Of a stretch of 64,000 bases of DNA, positions 9,166 through 19,549 are shown piece after piece (the stretch's first letter is position 1; every line of letters begins with the position of its first letter). Below the pieces are notes generated by a model, which worked only from the letters and a program-made list of their open reading frames with translations, was not told where the DNA came from and ran no database searches. The translations under genes and the position numbers were made by a program. This stretch comes from Bacteroides sp. Lineage in GTDB: Bacteria > Bacteroidota > Bacteroidia > Bacteroidales > Marinifilaceae. Location of the stretch: contig JAETOX010000003.1 in assembly GCA_021771575.1 (NCBI GenBank), positions 10,550-74,549 on the forward strand, given 5' to 3'.

Positions 9166-10161
9166 TTAGACGGTTAAAATAAACCAAAGCAGGCTTTTTT
9201 GTATTTTTAGTCTCTTCACAGTAGGCCAGGTGAGTTTTTCTGCTTTTAACGTTGCTACAATCGGTTTACTTTTTCGGATTGCCCTGATTTGGCACCGGGC
9301 GCTTTTATAGGATTTGTGTTTTATTTCGTTTTGCAACGACTCTTTCAGATAAAAGAGCACAGTATGGAAAAAATCGGCAGAATGCTTGTGAAATATATGC
9401 TTGGCTTCCAGAAACGTTTTTAGTTTCTCCAGATAACCGATCACCAGGGGAGTCGAATGATAAGCATAGCTATTCACCCCGTTGTTGCCATGGTATAAAT
9501 GATGGTAATATATATTCGGTAAATAAGCTATCTTTTGAGCTGCATAAAATATTTCAACTAAAAAGAAAAGATCTTCAAAAGTAATCTTCTTGTTGTCTTG
9601 AAAACGAATATTGTTTTTTTCTATCAGCTCCCGTTTATATAACATATGCCACATCGCTCCATTCAACGTAAAAGCTTTCCAGTGCGGATCTTTTGTACGA
9701 TCTCCGATGAGATGTTCGAAAACTTTTTCTTTGAATTTTTCCTCGTCCGTATGGCAGGGATAAAGGGGGTTCGGCACAATCCGATCGGGAAACCGATTAT
9801 CAAAATTTCCGACGACAACATCGGCCGAAGTATTTTGGGCTTGCCAATAAAGCTCTTCGTACATATCCAATTCTCTCCAATCGTCATGATCGGAAAAACC
9901 GATATATTCCCCCCTGGCGATTTTCAGGCCTTCATTGCGGCTTAAGCCGATATTCAGGTTATGCTCATTGAATATCAATCGGATACGCGAATCTTTTTGG
10001 GCATAGTCGCGGGCCACTTGATCACTTCCGTCAGTGGGACAATCCACAACTAAAATAATTTCAATATCCTCCAATGTTTGATGAACGAGCGTATCCAAAC
10101 ATTTTTCCAGATATTTTCCGGCATTATAGATAGGGACGATAATACTTACTTTAGGTGGCAT
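9166..10161 (-). CDS. Glycosyltransferase family 2
   Basis: PKVSIIVPIYN, VVDCPTDGS, SRNEGLKIARGEYIGFSDHDD. ATG 10161 preferred because a -7 box overlaps 10185. Confidence 0.92.
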   Translation of the reverse strand: MPPKVSIIVPIYNAGKYLEKCLDTLVHQTLEDIEIILVVDCPTDGSDQVARDYAQKDSRIRLIFNEHNLNIGLSRNEGLKIARGEYIGFSDHDDWRELDMYEELYWQAQNTSADVVVGNFDNRFPDRIVPNPLYPCHTDEEKFKEKVFEHLIGDRTKDPHWKAFTLNGAMWHMLYKRELIEKNNIRFQDNKKITFEDLFFLVEIFYAAQKIAYLPNIYYHHLYHGNNGVNSYAYHSTPLVIGYLEKLKTFLEAKHIFHKHSADFFHTVLFYLKESLQNEIKHKSYKSARCQIRAIRKSKPIVATLKAEKLTWPTVKRLKIQKSLLWFILTV

Positions 10162-10184
10162 TCGCAATTTTATATAGATCTTCA

Positions 10185-10260
10185 CAAAGGTAAGGATAAT
10201 ATGATTAGGATGAAAATAGCCCGAAGCATTTTATATTGACCGGAAATTCGGTTACATTTG
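10185..10260. promoter_or_regulatory. Divergent -7 boxes inside the glycan locus
   Basis: TACCTTTG on minus (10185-10192) and TACATTTG on plus (10253-10260). Confidence 0.6.
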
Positions 10261-10282
10261 TCTGAATTATCATCGGCATAAT

Positions 10283-11413
10283 ATGAAAATAGTTTATAAT
10301 ATCCCCAGTATAGTCCGTATGGCCGGTATGGAACGCATTTTGGCGATCAAAGCCAATTATTTGGCCCTACAGAAAAATATAGAAGTGGTCATTATAACTT
10401 ATGAGCAGAAAAACCAGCCATTGGCTTTCGATTTTTCAGATAAAATCCGGTTTTACGATCTGGGCATCAATTACACTAAATGTCAGGGAACAAATATCTT
10501 TTGGAATAAAATTCGCCGGATGAGGTATATCGCGCGGCATAAAAAGCGGCTGGCCGAAATCCTGGCGGCAGAAAAACCCGATATAACGATTTCCATGATG
10601 TCGGGCCGAGAACGGGAATGGTTATACAAACTCAAAGATGGTAGCAAAAAAGTTTTGGAATGCCACTTTTCTTATTACTGGTACCGGGATATAAAAGGCT
10701 TGATCGATCGGTACAAAATATCCCGGTTTATCGGTCGGATCGCCCATTACGACCGTTTTGTCGTCTTGACAGAAGAAGACCGGAAAGATTGGGGGACAAG
10801 AGAAAACATCATGGTAATACCGAATGCCCTGACTTTTTACCCGCAACAACAAGCCGATTTAAGCCAAAAAAGGGTGATTGCAGTGGGACGCTTGCGGGAA
10901 CAAAAAAGATTCGATCGCCTGATTAATATCTGGGCAAAAATCGAACCCCACTTCCCCGACTGGAGATTAACGATTATTGGATCGGGAGAATTGCAGGGAG
11001 ATCTGGAACGGCAAATCCGTACGTTGGGATTGAAGCAGATAGAAATCTTACCTCCCCATACCGACATCGTGAAAGATTATCTGAATAGTTCGATATATGC
11101 GATGACTTCCCAATATGAAGGGTTTCCCATGGTTTTACATGAAGCCATGTCGTGTGGGTTGCCCGTTGTTACCTATACCTGTAAATGTGGTCCCCGGGAT
11201 ATTATTCAGGAGGGAGAAGATGGTTTTTTGGTAGAGGAAGGGAATGAAGCGGAATTTATAAAACGACTGCAAGAACTGATGAATGACTTTCACTTGCGGC
11301 AGCGAATGGGAGAAGCGGCCCGGCGGAATATCATCCGTTTCGATTTGCCCTCCGTCATGCTGAAATGGGAATCCCTGTTTACTGCTTTATTGAGAAACGA
11401 GCGCAGCATATGA
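10283..11413 (+). CDS. Glycosyltransferase family 4 (GT-B)
   Basis: AGMERIL, AVGRLREQKRFD, EGFPMVLHEAMSCGLP (EX7E motif). Confidence 0.93.
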   Translation: MKIVYNIPSIVRMAGMERILAIKANYLALQKNIEVVIITYEQKNQPLAFDFSDKIRFYDLGINYTKCQGTNIFWNKIRRMRYIARHKKRLAEILAAEKPDITISMMSGREREWLYKLKDGSKKVLECHFSYYWYRDIKGLIDRYKISRFIGRIAHYDRFVVLTEEDRKDWGTRENIMVIPNALTFYPQQQADLSQKRVIAVGRLREQKRFDRLINIWAKIEPHFPDWRLTIIGSGELQGDLERQIRTLGLKQIEILPPHTDIVKDYLNSSIYAMTSQYEGFPMVLHEAMSCGLPVVTYTCKCGPRDIIQEGEDGFLVEEGNEAEFIKRLQELMNDFHLRQRMGEAARRNIIRFDLPSVMLKWESLFTALLRNERSI

Positions 11414-12414
11414 TATCCATTATTATACCGGCTTATAATTCGGCCAACTATTTGGCACACACACTTGAAAGTGTATTAAATCAGCAATATACGGATTTCG
11501 AAATAGTGCTGATCGATGATGGCAGTACGGATGAAACCCGCCGGATTGTTGAAGAGTACCAAAAAAAAGACAAGAGGATAAAATATTTTTATAAATCGAA
11601 CGGTGGAGTATCCTCTGCCCGGAATCTGGGTATTGAAAAGGCTGCCGGAGAATATTTGGCTTTTCTCGACAGCGATGATACTTACGAACCGGCTTTTCTG
11701 GGAAAAATGCACGCCAGAATCCGACAAACCGGCAAGTTACTTTGTTATTGCGGGTATTATCATCGGGTAGAAGGGCGTATATTGAAAGCTTTTCCTAAAA
11801 ATTTCGATTTTCAGGATGTACTAAAGTATATGATTGAAATACAATGGATCAGTACAGATTCCTGGTTAATTAACAGGCAATTTGTTGCCCGTCATGCTTT
11901 TCGTTTTAGTGAAAACCTCACCTATGGCGAAGATTTCGATTTTTTCTGCCGTCTGATTTATAAATCCGAAGGATCCTATACAGCCATACAGGAATACCTG
12001 ACTAATTATAATTTCCGTCCCGACTCTTTATCCTATAAGGGAAATTTGTGGTATTCCTATCGGTTTATGCAAGGAAGTTTGGAAGCGACCAAAACTTTTT
12101 ATAAATACGTTGAGTGTAATCCGCAAACTCACCACTCCAGTTATCCCACTTTACTATTGAAAAGATTACATCGGATGTATTTAAGGTACCTGTGGGGAAC
12201 TTTATTATTGGGGAAGGCAACCGATTTCAGAGCTTTGTTGGCTTCCTATCAAAAAGATAAGGCGATATACGATTTTTCCCTTTTTCTTCCGGAGAAAAAA
12301 TACCGGATCTGGAAATGGGTCGTTACCCATAGGGCAGGCAGGATTTTGGGGAAATGTTTTTTTAAGCCCTATAAATATTTACAACGTAGAATTTCTATCC
12401 GGAAAATCAGATAG
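11410..12414 (+). CDS. Glycosyltransferase family 2
   Basis: MISIIIPAYN, IDDGSTD, NGGVSSARN, FLDSDD. ATGA overlap with the GT4 stop. Confidence 0.92.
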   Translation: MISIIIPAYNSANYLAHTLESVLNQQYTDFEIVLIDDGSTDETRRIVEEYQKKDKRIKYFYKSNGGVSSARNLGIEKAAGEYLAFLDSDDTYEPAFLGKMHARIRQTGKLLCYCGYYHRVEGRILKAFPKNFDFQDVLKYMIEIQWISTDSWLINRQFVARHAFRFSENLTYGEDFDFFCRLIYKSEGSYTAIQEYLTNYNFRPDSLSYKGNLWYSYRFMQGSLEATKTFYKYVECNPQTHHSSYPTLLLKRLHRMYLRYLWGTLLLGKATDFRALLASYQKDKAIYDFSLFLPEKKYRIWKWVVTHRAGRILGKCFFKPYKYLQRRISIRKIR

Positions 12415-12417
12415 AAA

Positions 12418-13458
12418 TCATGATTTGATCCTTCGGACATATTTATAATAAAAATGAAAGGGAATAAAACAAAATATATCGAAAACCGGGGTCGGAAAAA
12501 GATGAAATAATCCTTTGAAAAAACGCAGGAGCGGTTTAATACAAAAAGCGGGATCGTGAAAATAAGTTTTATCCTGAAATAGGTTTTGTAACATTTCTTT
12601 CCGTTTACCGGAAACTATCGGATAAGCATAAAGTGATTTGATAAGGCTGAGGCTAGTGTGATTTTTAAAATAGCTGATCACTTTTTGGTGGTATGGGCTG
12701 TCCTGAAGATCAAATCTTTCAAAAACTTTACTAATCAATGGAATCAACTCCTCTTGAATGGAAAGATAGATTTCCGGCCGATAGTTTTTATGAGATAATG
12801 TTATCCTTTTGCCCGGTAGGCGATAAAAATACCCGGAACCTGGAATACACTGTATACTTTTTATATACTTCCTGTAAGTATAGGTAAATAGCGCATCTTC
12901 TCTTACCGGAAGATGGGGTGGAAAACAAATCTTGTGCTCCAAAATGACTTCCCGGTTAAATAGTTTTCCCCAAGGTGCATTATTGTTGAATAATTCATAT
13001 TTGGAAATCAGTGCTCCCATTTCTTCGTTTTCTGCGAAAACAGAAGGAAAAGTAATGACTTTTTCCGCTTGCTCATTCTCGTTGATACACTCCCAGCCCT
13101 GTAAATTCATGCAATATTTGTCTAAATGGCCTGCCTGAACGAACCCTTCCAGATAAAAACGAGATATATAATCGTCACTATCAATAAAACAAATCCATTC
13201 ACCTCGGGCATATACTACTCCTTGGTTCCTACTGGCACTTGCTCCCTGATTGGATTGATGAAATACCCGGATTCTCCCGTCTGTCGCTGCATACTCATCA
13301 CAAATTTTTCCGGAATGATCTTTACTACCGTCATCAATAAGAATCAATTCAAAGTCCTGGAAACTTTGACTGAGAACACTTTCAATACAGGTTGCGATAT
13401 ATTTTTCGACATTATATACCGGTATGATGATACTGATCAGCAGGGCGGGTGTTGTCAT
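12418..13458 (-). CDS. Glycosyltransferase family 2
   Basis: ISIIIPVYNVEKY, IDDGSKD, NQGASASRN, FIDSDD, NNAPWGKLF. Confidence 0.92.
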   Translation of the reverse strand: MTTPALLISIIIPVYNVEKYIATCIESVLSQSFQDFELILIDDGSKDHSGKICDEYAATDGRIRVFHQSNQGASASRNQGVVYARGEWICFIDSDDYISRFYLEGFVQAGHLDKYCMNLQGWECINENEQAEKVITFPSVFAENEEMGALISKYELFNNNAPWGKLFNREVILEHKICFPPHLPVREDALFTYTYRKYIKSIQCIPGSGYFYRLPGKRITLSHKNYRPEIYLSIQEELIPLISKVFERFDLQDSPYHQKVISYFKNHTSLSLIKSLYAYPIVSGKRKEMLQNLFQDKTYFHDPAFCIKPLLRFFKGLFHLFPTPVFDIFCFIPFHFYYKYVRRIKS

Positions 13459-13462
13459 GGCT

Positions 13463-14686
13463 TTAGATAGATCGTAATATTTCTTCAATAACAGTAGTCA
13501 ATCTTTCCGAACTGTGCCCATCGAGGTATTGATGGTATCTGCGGGTTTCCGCTTCGGTCAGGCTAAAGTATTTATTTTCTGCCAGAATATAGCCTACTTC
13601 GTTCCAGTCGTGTGCTTTGATACTCGGTAACTCCTTTTGATAATCGAAATAATATCCTCTTTTGTTTTTAATAAAAGTCGCATAATCAAACGGAGTCAGA
13701 ATAACAGGTTTTCGAAGCAATAAAAAATCGAAATAGATACTCGAATAATCAGTCATCAGGATATCCACATCCTTGATGACCGAATAGACGTCCAACAATG
13801 GATTATCGATTACATTGATAAAGCGGTCGGAATATTCGGTAGAAGCAAGCAGCCCGTCCCAATAGTGGCCTTTATTCAGAAAAACATAATCGTATTTTTC
13901 GAGGATTTCGGTGAATCTCGCTGCGTCGAAACCAAATTGTTCGAATGGTCGGAAACTTTCTCCTCCGTCGTAAGCATCCCTGAAAGTAGGCATATAAATG
14001 ATAAACTTGGCAGTCGGGAATTTTTTACGGATACCCGCGATATAAGGATCTTTTTCTTTAGAAAAAAGGATATCCAGACGAGGAGTCCCCGTAACAAAGA
14101 TATGGGGGGCAGGAGTCAGGGTACAGGATTCCAGGAAAGGAACAAAAAATTCCGAACTACTGATGGTATATAATTTACGGGGATCCTTTTGGGGAAACAT
14201 CCGGAAATAGATTTTCAGCCATACGGGCTGTTTCCCTTGGATCAGGGCTTTCTTCGATTGCAACTTCGGTTCGTCATAACCCGAATGCTTGGAAGGCATG
14301 CCATGAGTCAGATATAAAGCTTTGATCCCATAGCCTAACCAGGCTTTATGGCCGAAAACATCGGTGGTAGCACTCAAAGAACCACAGCAAAAGCCCGCAC
14401 GAAGCATATAGCGGATTCCTTTCCAGGAAGTATTCATAGCTACAGGATACCGCTTGCTTTTCAATGCATCGTAAACCTTCCGGTTTTTCGTAATCCATAC
14501 CGGACGGATATTTTTTTTGTGTTCGAGTACATATTCATACAATGCTTTGCTATTGTCCGAATATTTTTCTCCACGCCAGGAGCCAAACAGCCAAAGATCG
14601 GGCTTCCGTCCGATAAGAAGGTAATGAAGATAAACAAGAGGGAAAAACAGAATACCGAAGCCAACCGTTATTACTTGTTTCATCAT
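13463..14686 (-). CDS. CDP-glycerol/CDP-ribitol:polyol-phosphate transferase (TagB/TagF family)
   Basis: YSDNSKALYEY, LTHG, TGTPRLD, IYMPTFRD, DILMTDYSSIYFDFLLLRKP. Confidence 0.88.
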   Translation of the reverse strand: MMKQVITVGFGILFFPLVYLHYLLIGRKPDLWLFGSWRGEKYSDNSKALYEYVLEHKKNIRPVWITKNRKVYDALKSKRYPVAMNTSWKGIRYMLRAGFCCGSLSATTDVFGHKAWLGYGIKALYLTHGMPSKHSGYDEPKLQSKKALIQGKQPVWLKIYFRMFPQKDPRKLYTISSSEFFVPFLESCTLTPAPHIFVTGTPRLDILFSKEKDPYIAGIRKKFPTAKFIIYMPTFRDAYDGGESFRPFEQFGFDAARFTEILEKYDYVFLNKGHYWDGLLASTEYSDRFINVIDNPLLDVYSVIKDVDILMTDYSSIYFDFLLLRKPVILTPFDYATFIKNKRGYYFDYQKELPSIKAHDWNEVGYILAENKYFSLTEAETRRYHQYLDGHSSERLTTVIEEILRSI

Positions 14687-16054
14687 CTAGTCGCGTTTGA
14701 TTTTAACATCTATCACTTGTCCTGTAAAATCGGATAAGAGTGTTTTTATAGAAGCTCTGGCCACCTCTTCCGCTTTTAATAGAGTATTATCGGGTTCGTG
14801 ACCGAAATTCCGGATTCGCATACCAGTTTTGGTACGTTCGGGATTAATCACATTTACACGGATATGATCAGGTTCCCATTCTTGGGCCAGTGCCTGCATA
14901 AAGTTAACCGTCGCTGCCTTCGTTGAGGAATAAATACTATAAAAAGCACGGCCTCGGGTATAGGAACTGGACGTGAAAAGTAAAAGTTGGCCTTGGGATT
15001 TTTGTAGATAAGGATAACCGGCAATGGCTACATTTACCATACCGTCATAATTGGTACGGATCATTTGGCCAATGGTTTCCCGCTGCATGCTGATCAAAGG
15101 TTCTTTAGTTAAAATAGCTGCCGAATTGACCACATAATCGATGCGGCCGGTTTGGTGTTCCACCTGACTCAATGCTTGTTCCACCTGACGGAAATCGGCG
15201 ATGTCAGTACCGGTACTACTGCGTGAAAAACAGAATACCTCTGCCCCGTGTTGTTGCGCCAGGATTGCCATTTCTTTACCGATTCCTGCATTCCCTCCGA
15301 AAATGACCAGAACTTTCCGATTTAAACGGCCGAAATCTACATTCTCGTATAATTCTGTGGAACGCAGTTGGAAAAGTTTATCCAATAAATAAGTATCCTC
15401 TTTATAGGTGAGTTTCATGTTCGACTCTTCTCCTCTCACCACAAACACTTTTTCTTGGGGAAGGTATTTTACGACAGTGCCACAATCGTCGGTCGAAACG
15501 AAGGCCGGGTCTTGCAGGGCAATCTCATACGCTTGGCGAATGGTAGACAAGCGGAAAGCCTGGGGAGTCTGACCGCGCCGGAGTAGAGTCCTCTTCGGTA
15601 CGCTTTCTATGATTTCTCCCGATTCGTTTACTTGTATAATTGTGTCGGTAGTAGGTATGGCAACATCCACTGCGTTATAATGTTCGAGGGCTTTCAGAGT
15701 GTCGTCAAGGATACGCTGATTGATCAATGGACGGACCGAATCGTGGAAAATCAGCCGCGCCTCCGGCCGATCGCCGTAAGCTTCGATTGCTGCCAGACTG
15801 GAGTGATACCGTTCCCGTCCGCCTTTTAATATCTTCCTCACCTTTTTCCAATGATTGTTCAATACCATTTCTTCGATTGTAGTGATATAATACTCATTTA
15901 CCACAATCGCTATTTCATCGATCTGTACATGGTTCTCGAAAACTTCGATTGTATGCTCGATGACCGTTTTACCTGCTATTTTTAAAAATTGTTTAGGTAT
16001 GCCGGCTCCCAATCGGCTTCCGATCCCTCCGGCTAATATAACGGCAATATTCAT
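14687..16054 (-). CDS. Bifunctional cytidylyltransferase/SDR reductase (Bcs1-like CDP-ribitol synthesis)
   Basis: N-terminal IspD/TarI fold (LAGGIGSRL, PKQFLKI, HDSVRP, QTPQ, TDD, NMKLTY) fused to an SDR domain (IFGGNAGIG, YSSTK, NVINPERTKT). Confidence 0.88.
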   Translation of the reverse strand: MNIAVILAGGIGSRLGAGIPKQFLKIAGKTVIEHTIEVFENHVQIDEIAIVVNEYYITTIEEMVLNNHWKKVRKILKGGRERYHSSLAAIEAYGDRPEARLIFHDSVRPLINQRILDDTLKALEHYNAVDVAIPTTDTIIQVNESGEIIESVPKRTLLRRGQTPQAFRLSTIRQAYEIALQDPAFVSTDDCGTVVKYLPQEKVFVVRGEESNMKLTYKEDTYLLDKLFQLRSTELYENVDFGRLNRKVLVIFGGNAGIGKEMAILAQQHGAEVFCFSRSSTGTDIADFRQVEQALSQVEHQTGRIDYVVNSAAILTKEPLISMQRETIGQMIRTNYDGMVNVAIAGYPYLQKSQGQLLLFTSSSYTRGRAFYSIYSSTKAATVNFMQALAQEWEPDHIRVNVINPERTKTGMRIRNFGHEPDNTLLKAEEVARASIKTLLSDFTGQVIDVKIKRD

Positions 16055-16983
16055 GATTGATAATTCGTTTTTTGTAATAAACCGCGGCTGACGTAAAGCC
16101 TGAACAAAAGTAGTTTACTTCCTTTTTGAGGAGTCGTCCGGCAACAATAACCGATATACAGAAGCAGGGAGGCTCCCCACTTGACACCTTCTGTCAATAT
16201 CCTTTTGAAGAAAGCATATTTTGATATGGCCAGGGTGCGGATCCGTTCACTTTTCCCTATTCCTAAGGCCAGCTGTTTGATAAATGTATCCGTGGTCCGT
16301 TTTTCAGGGATAACATGTTCTACCTCAATGTCGGGGAAATAGTAAATCTTTTCCTGTTTGCTTTTCAGCCGATTGAAATAATCTTTTTCTTCACCTGCCA
16401 TCAGGTTGTTTTTATTCCTGCCTAGTTCGGTATTGAAATATCCGTAGCGGGCGGTGCACTCTTTGCGGAAACCCATATTCGCTCCGATGGGAAATTTGTC
16501 GGCTGTAAACAAACGAACGTCTTTGCCCATGTCTAAAGCGGAAACCCAGGAATAACTCCAACGGCTCATCCATATCGGTTCCTTTCCACTTTCATATAGC
16601 GGAGTAATTTTCCCTCCGAAAGCAACAGCATCCGGATAGTCCGCCAGCCGGCAGGCCAAATGATGCAGATAGTCCGGATTCACGAAAGCATCGTCATCGA
16701 GAAAAACGAGCCATTCTCCCCGGGCTTCACGCATCCCCCGGTTGCGGGCGAAAGACAATCCCTGTGCCGGCTCGGAAAAATAGCGGAAACACACTTGCGG
16801 AAAAGTCCGGGCAAAACGCTGGCATACTGACGGTGTAGTGTCAGTGCTATTGTTATCGATTAAAACAATTTCATAAGATGTGGTGGGAAAATCATTTTCA
16901 GCGATATGACGGAGGGTATCGAAAAGATAACGATCCCGGTTATAGGTGCAGATAATGATGGATATTTTTAGTGCTTTTCCCAT
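16051..16983 (-). CDS. Glycosyltransferase family 2
   Basis: ISIIICTYNR, IDNNSTD, QGLSFARN, FLDDD, GANMGFR, GEEKD. Confidence 0.92.
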   Translation of the reverse strand: MGKALKISIIICTYNRDRYLFDTLRHIAENDFPTTSYEIVLIDNNSTDTTPSVCQRFARTFPQVCFRYFSEPAQGLSFARNRGMREARGEWLVFLDDDAFVNPDYLHHLACRLADYPDAVAFGGKITPLYESGKEPIWMSRWSYSWVSALDMGKDVRLFTADKFPIGANMGFRKECTARYGYFNTELGRNKNNLMAGEEKDYFNRLKSKQEKIYYFPDIEVEHVIPEKRTTDTFIKQLALGIGKSERIRTLAISKYAFFKRILTEGVKWGASLLLYIGYCCRTTPQKGSKLLLFRLYVSRGLLQKTNYQS

Positions 16984-17001
16984 AAGTAGCTTTTGTTTCT
17001 A

Positions 17002-17020
17002 CAAAAATACACTAATTTTG
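17002..17020. promoter_or_regulatory. Back-to-back -7 boxes (GT2-bcs1 block / yfhO block)
   Basis: TATTTTTG on minus (17002-17009) and TAATTTTG on plus (17013-17020). Confidence 0.55.
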
Positions 17021-17050
17021 TAAGGTTAAAATAAAAAAAGAATACATTTT

Positions 17051-19543
17051 ATGAAGGCAAAAATAAATTGGGCGTCGGTAAGACCGCATTTGCTGATTCT
17101 GCTATTATTTATCGGTATATCGTTTATCTATTGTCTGCCGGTTCTACAAGGAAAAGCGCTGCTGGGACACGATTTGGAGAGCTGGATGTATATGGCTAAA
17201 GAAGCACTTGATTTTAATGCCAGAGGAGGAGAACAGACATTCTGGACAAACAGCATGTTCGGGGGAATGCCTACTTACCAGATCACTCCGCCGATCAGGA
17301 CCTATAATATTGTGAATTATTTGTCTTCACTGTGGATATGGATGCCTAGTCCGGTAGTCAATATATTCCTCTACCTGGTTGGTGCGTACATTTTGCTGCT
17401 CTGTTTTAAGTTTAACAAATGGATGGCTTTTATTGGTGCTTTGGCACTCAGCTTCGTTTCTTATAATTTGATCATACTGGCGGCCGGCCACGTTACAAAA
17501 GCCGCTACAATTGCTTTTTGTATGCCTTTGCTGGGAGGGGTTTATTTACTGTTCCGCGGCAACAAATGGGCGGGGATGTTGTTGACCGCCTTGTTTTTAG
17601 CCTGGGCAATCAATGCCAATCATTTACAGATTTTATATTATACGCTTTATGTCGTGTTGATTTTCGGGCTGGTAGAATTGATTTATGCCTATAAAAACAA
17701 AGAGATAAAAAAATTTCTGGCCTCGGCCGGCCTCGGTTGTATCGCCTTGTTATTGGCAATCGGATTAAACGCTCCGATGTTGATGACCACCTATCAGTAC
17801 AGTAAGGCCACAATGCGGGGAGAATCCAACGGATTGACCGGCAAGGATGGGCAGGTGGCCGGTCATGGATTAGATAAAGATTATATCACCAACTGGAGCT
17901 ATGGAGTAGACGAATCGTTCACTTTACTGATTCCTGATTTTAAAGGAGGGGCGAGTGGTGGTACCTTGTCCGAAAAGAGTAAAACCGCTGAAGCCTTAAA
18001 ACAGATGGGAGTGCCGAATGTGAAAGAGACGATGAAGGAGTTTCAGTTGCCTTTATATTGGGGTACCCAGCCGTTTACTTCCGGCCCTGTCTATTTAGGG
18101 GCTGTTCTTTGCTTGCTGTTCGTTTTGGGCATATTTTTGATAGATAAACGCACCAAATGGTGGTTGCTAAGCGTGATTGTGCTTACCCTGATGTTGTCGT
18201 GGGGACGGAATTTCATGCCTTTGACCGATTTCTTTATCGATTATATACCCTTATATAATAAGTTCAGGACAGTATCAATGATATTGGTCATGACTTGTTT
18301 GTGTATGACATTGGTGGGAATGCTGGGATTGAGGGTATTCCTGAATCCGGCATCCGATAAGGAAAAAAATAAGAAAGCTTTGAAATATGCTTTTTATATC
18401 ACTGGTGGCCTTTGTTTGTTATTCCTGGTTCTCCCTTCTCTCTCGGGACATTTTATGGCTGCGGGCGATAGCCAGTTTGCCGGTAATTATGGGTTTTTAA
18501 AACAGACCCTGCCCGCTGACCGGGAAGCCCTGCTGCGGGGAGATGCTTTCCGCTCTCTGGTATTTATCGCTCTGACTACTGGCGTGCTTTGGTTATACCT
18601 GAAGTCACGGCTGCAATTGAAATATCTTTATGCCGGACTGGCTGTACTGATCCTGGTAGACCTGTGGGTGGTCGACAAACGTTACCTGAACGATACGAAT
18701 TTTGCAAGCAAGAAGAATGAAAAACAACTGGTGCAACCCTCCGAGGCCGATCGTTTCATTTTGCAGGATAAATCTTATTACCGCGTATTGGATGCTTCGG
18801 TGAATATTTTCAATGATTCCCGCCCCGCTTATTTCCACAAGAATATTGGGGGGTATCATGCTGCCAAATTAAGCCGTTATCAGGAATTGATCGATTATCA
18901 TTTACAACATGAAATACAGGAATTGATGGCCGGCCTGGCAAAAGTAGACACGGAAGAGCAGTTGCAAGCTTTAATGAGCCGGATGGAAGTGTTGAATATG
19001 TTGAATATGAAATACCTCATCTATAACCCGAAAGTACAGCCGATTCTGAATCCGGAAGCCAATGGAGGAGCCTGGTTCATCGATTCGTATCGCTTGGCTG
19101 AGAATGCCGATGAAGAAATGGGATTGTTGGGTGAGATCGATACGAAACGGGAATTGGTTGCCGACCGGAGATACGTTGCCGACCTTCCGGCGATCGCGGG
19201 ACGGGATACTACAGCAACCATAACGGTAAAGAGTTATGCGCCTAATCGTTTGGTGTATGAGGTGAACACCGTAACCGATCAGATAGCCGTCTTTTCCGAA
19301 ATTTATTATGCGGATGGGTGGAATGCTTATGTGAATGGTGAAAAAGTGCCTTATTTCAGGGCGAATTACCTGTTGAGGGCTATGCCGCTGAAAGCCGGGA
19401 ACTATGAGGTTGAGTTCCGTTTTGAACCTCAGGTGGTGGCAGTTTCTAAAACTTTATCGATAATCGCTTCGGTATTGTTTTTGGTGTTAGCGGCTTTTGT
19501 GATATACAAAGAGTATAAAAAGAAAAATGTAGCAGTTCAATAG
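17051..19543 (+). CDS. YfhO-family membrane protein (GT-C superfamily)
   Basis: 830 aa multi-TM protein with WTNSMFGGMPTYQ, NHLQILYY, GTQPFTSGPVYLG, GGYHAAKLSRYQ, VFSEIYY..GW.AY, ANYLLR. Confidence 0.88.
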   Translation: MKAKINWASVRPHLLILLLFIGISFIYCLPVLQGKALLGHDLESWMYMAKEALDFNARGGEQTFWTNSMFGGMPTYQITPPIRTYNIVNYLSSLWIWMPSPVVNIFLYLVGAYILLLCFKFNKWMAFIGALALSFVSYNLIILAAGHVTKAATIAFCMPLLGGVYLLFRGNKWAGMLLTALFLAWAINANHLQILYYTLYVVLIFGLVELIYAYKNKEIKKFLASAGLGCIALLLAIGLNAPMLMTTYQYSKATMRGESNGLTGKDGQVAGHGLDKDYITNWSYGVDESFTLLIPDFKGGASGGTLSEKSKTAEALKQMGVPNVKETMKEFQLPLYWGTQPFTSGPVYLGAVLCLLFVLGIFLIDKRTKWWLLSVIVLTLMLSWGRNFMPLTDFFIDYIPLYNKFRTVSMILVMTCLCMTLVGMLGLRVFLNPASDKEKNKKALKYAFYITGGLCLLFLVLPSLSGHFMAAGDSQFAGNYGFLKQTLPADREALLRGDAFRSLVFIALTTGVLWLYLKSRLQLKYLYAGLAVLILVDLWVVDKRYLNDTNFASKKNEKQLVQPSEADRFILQDKSYYRVLDASVNIFNDSRPAYFHKNIGGYHAAKLSRYQELIDYHLQHEIQELMAGLAKVDTEEQLQALMSRMEVLNMLNMKYLIYNPKVQPILNPEANGGAWFIDSYRLAENADEEMGLLGEIDTKRELVADRRYVADLPAIAGRDTTATITVKSYAPNRLVYEVNTVTDQIAVFSEIYYADGWNAYVNGEKVPYFRANYLLRAMPLKAGNYEVEFRFEPQVVAVSKTLSIIASVLFLVLAAFVIYKEYKKKNVAVQ

Positions 19544-19549
19544 TCGGAT

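Noticed and set aside
16513-16522. Mpi-type invertible-promoter repeat (AGACGTTCGT on minus)
   Set aside because: Single copy inside a GT2 coding region, no partner seen and no flanked promoter. Expected by chance in a window of this size.
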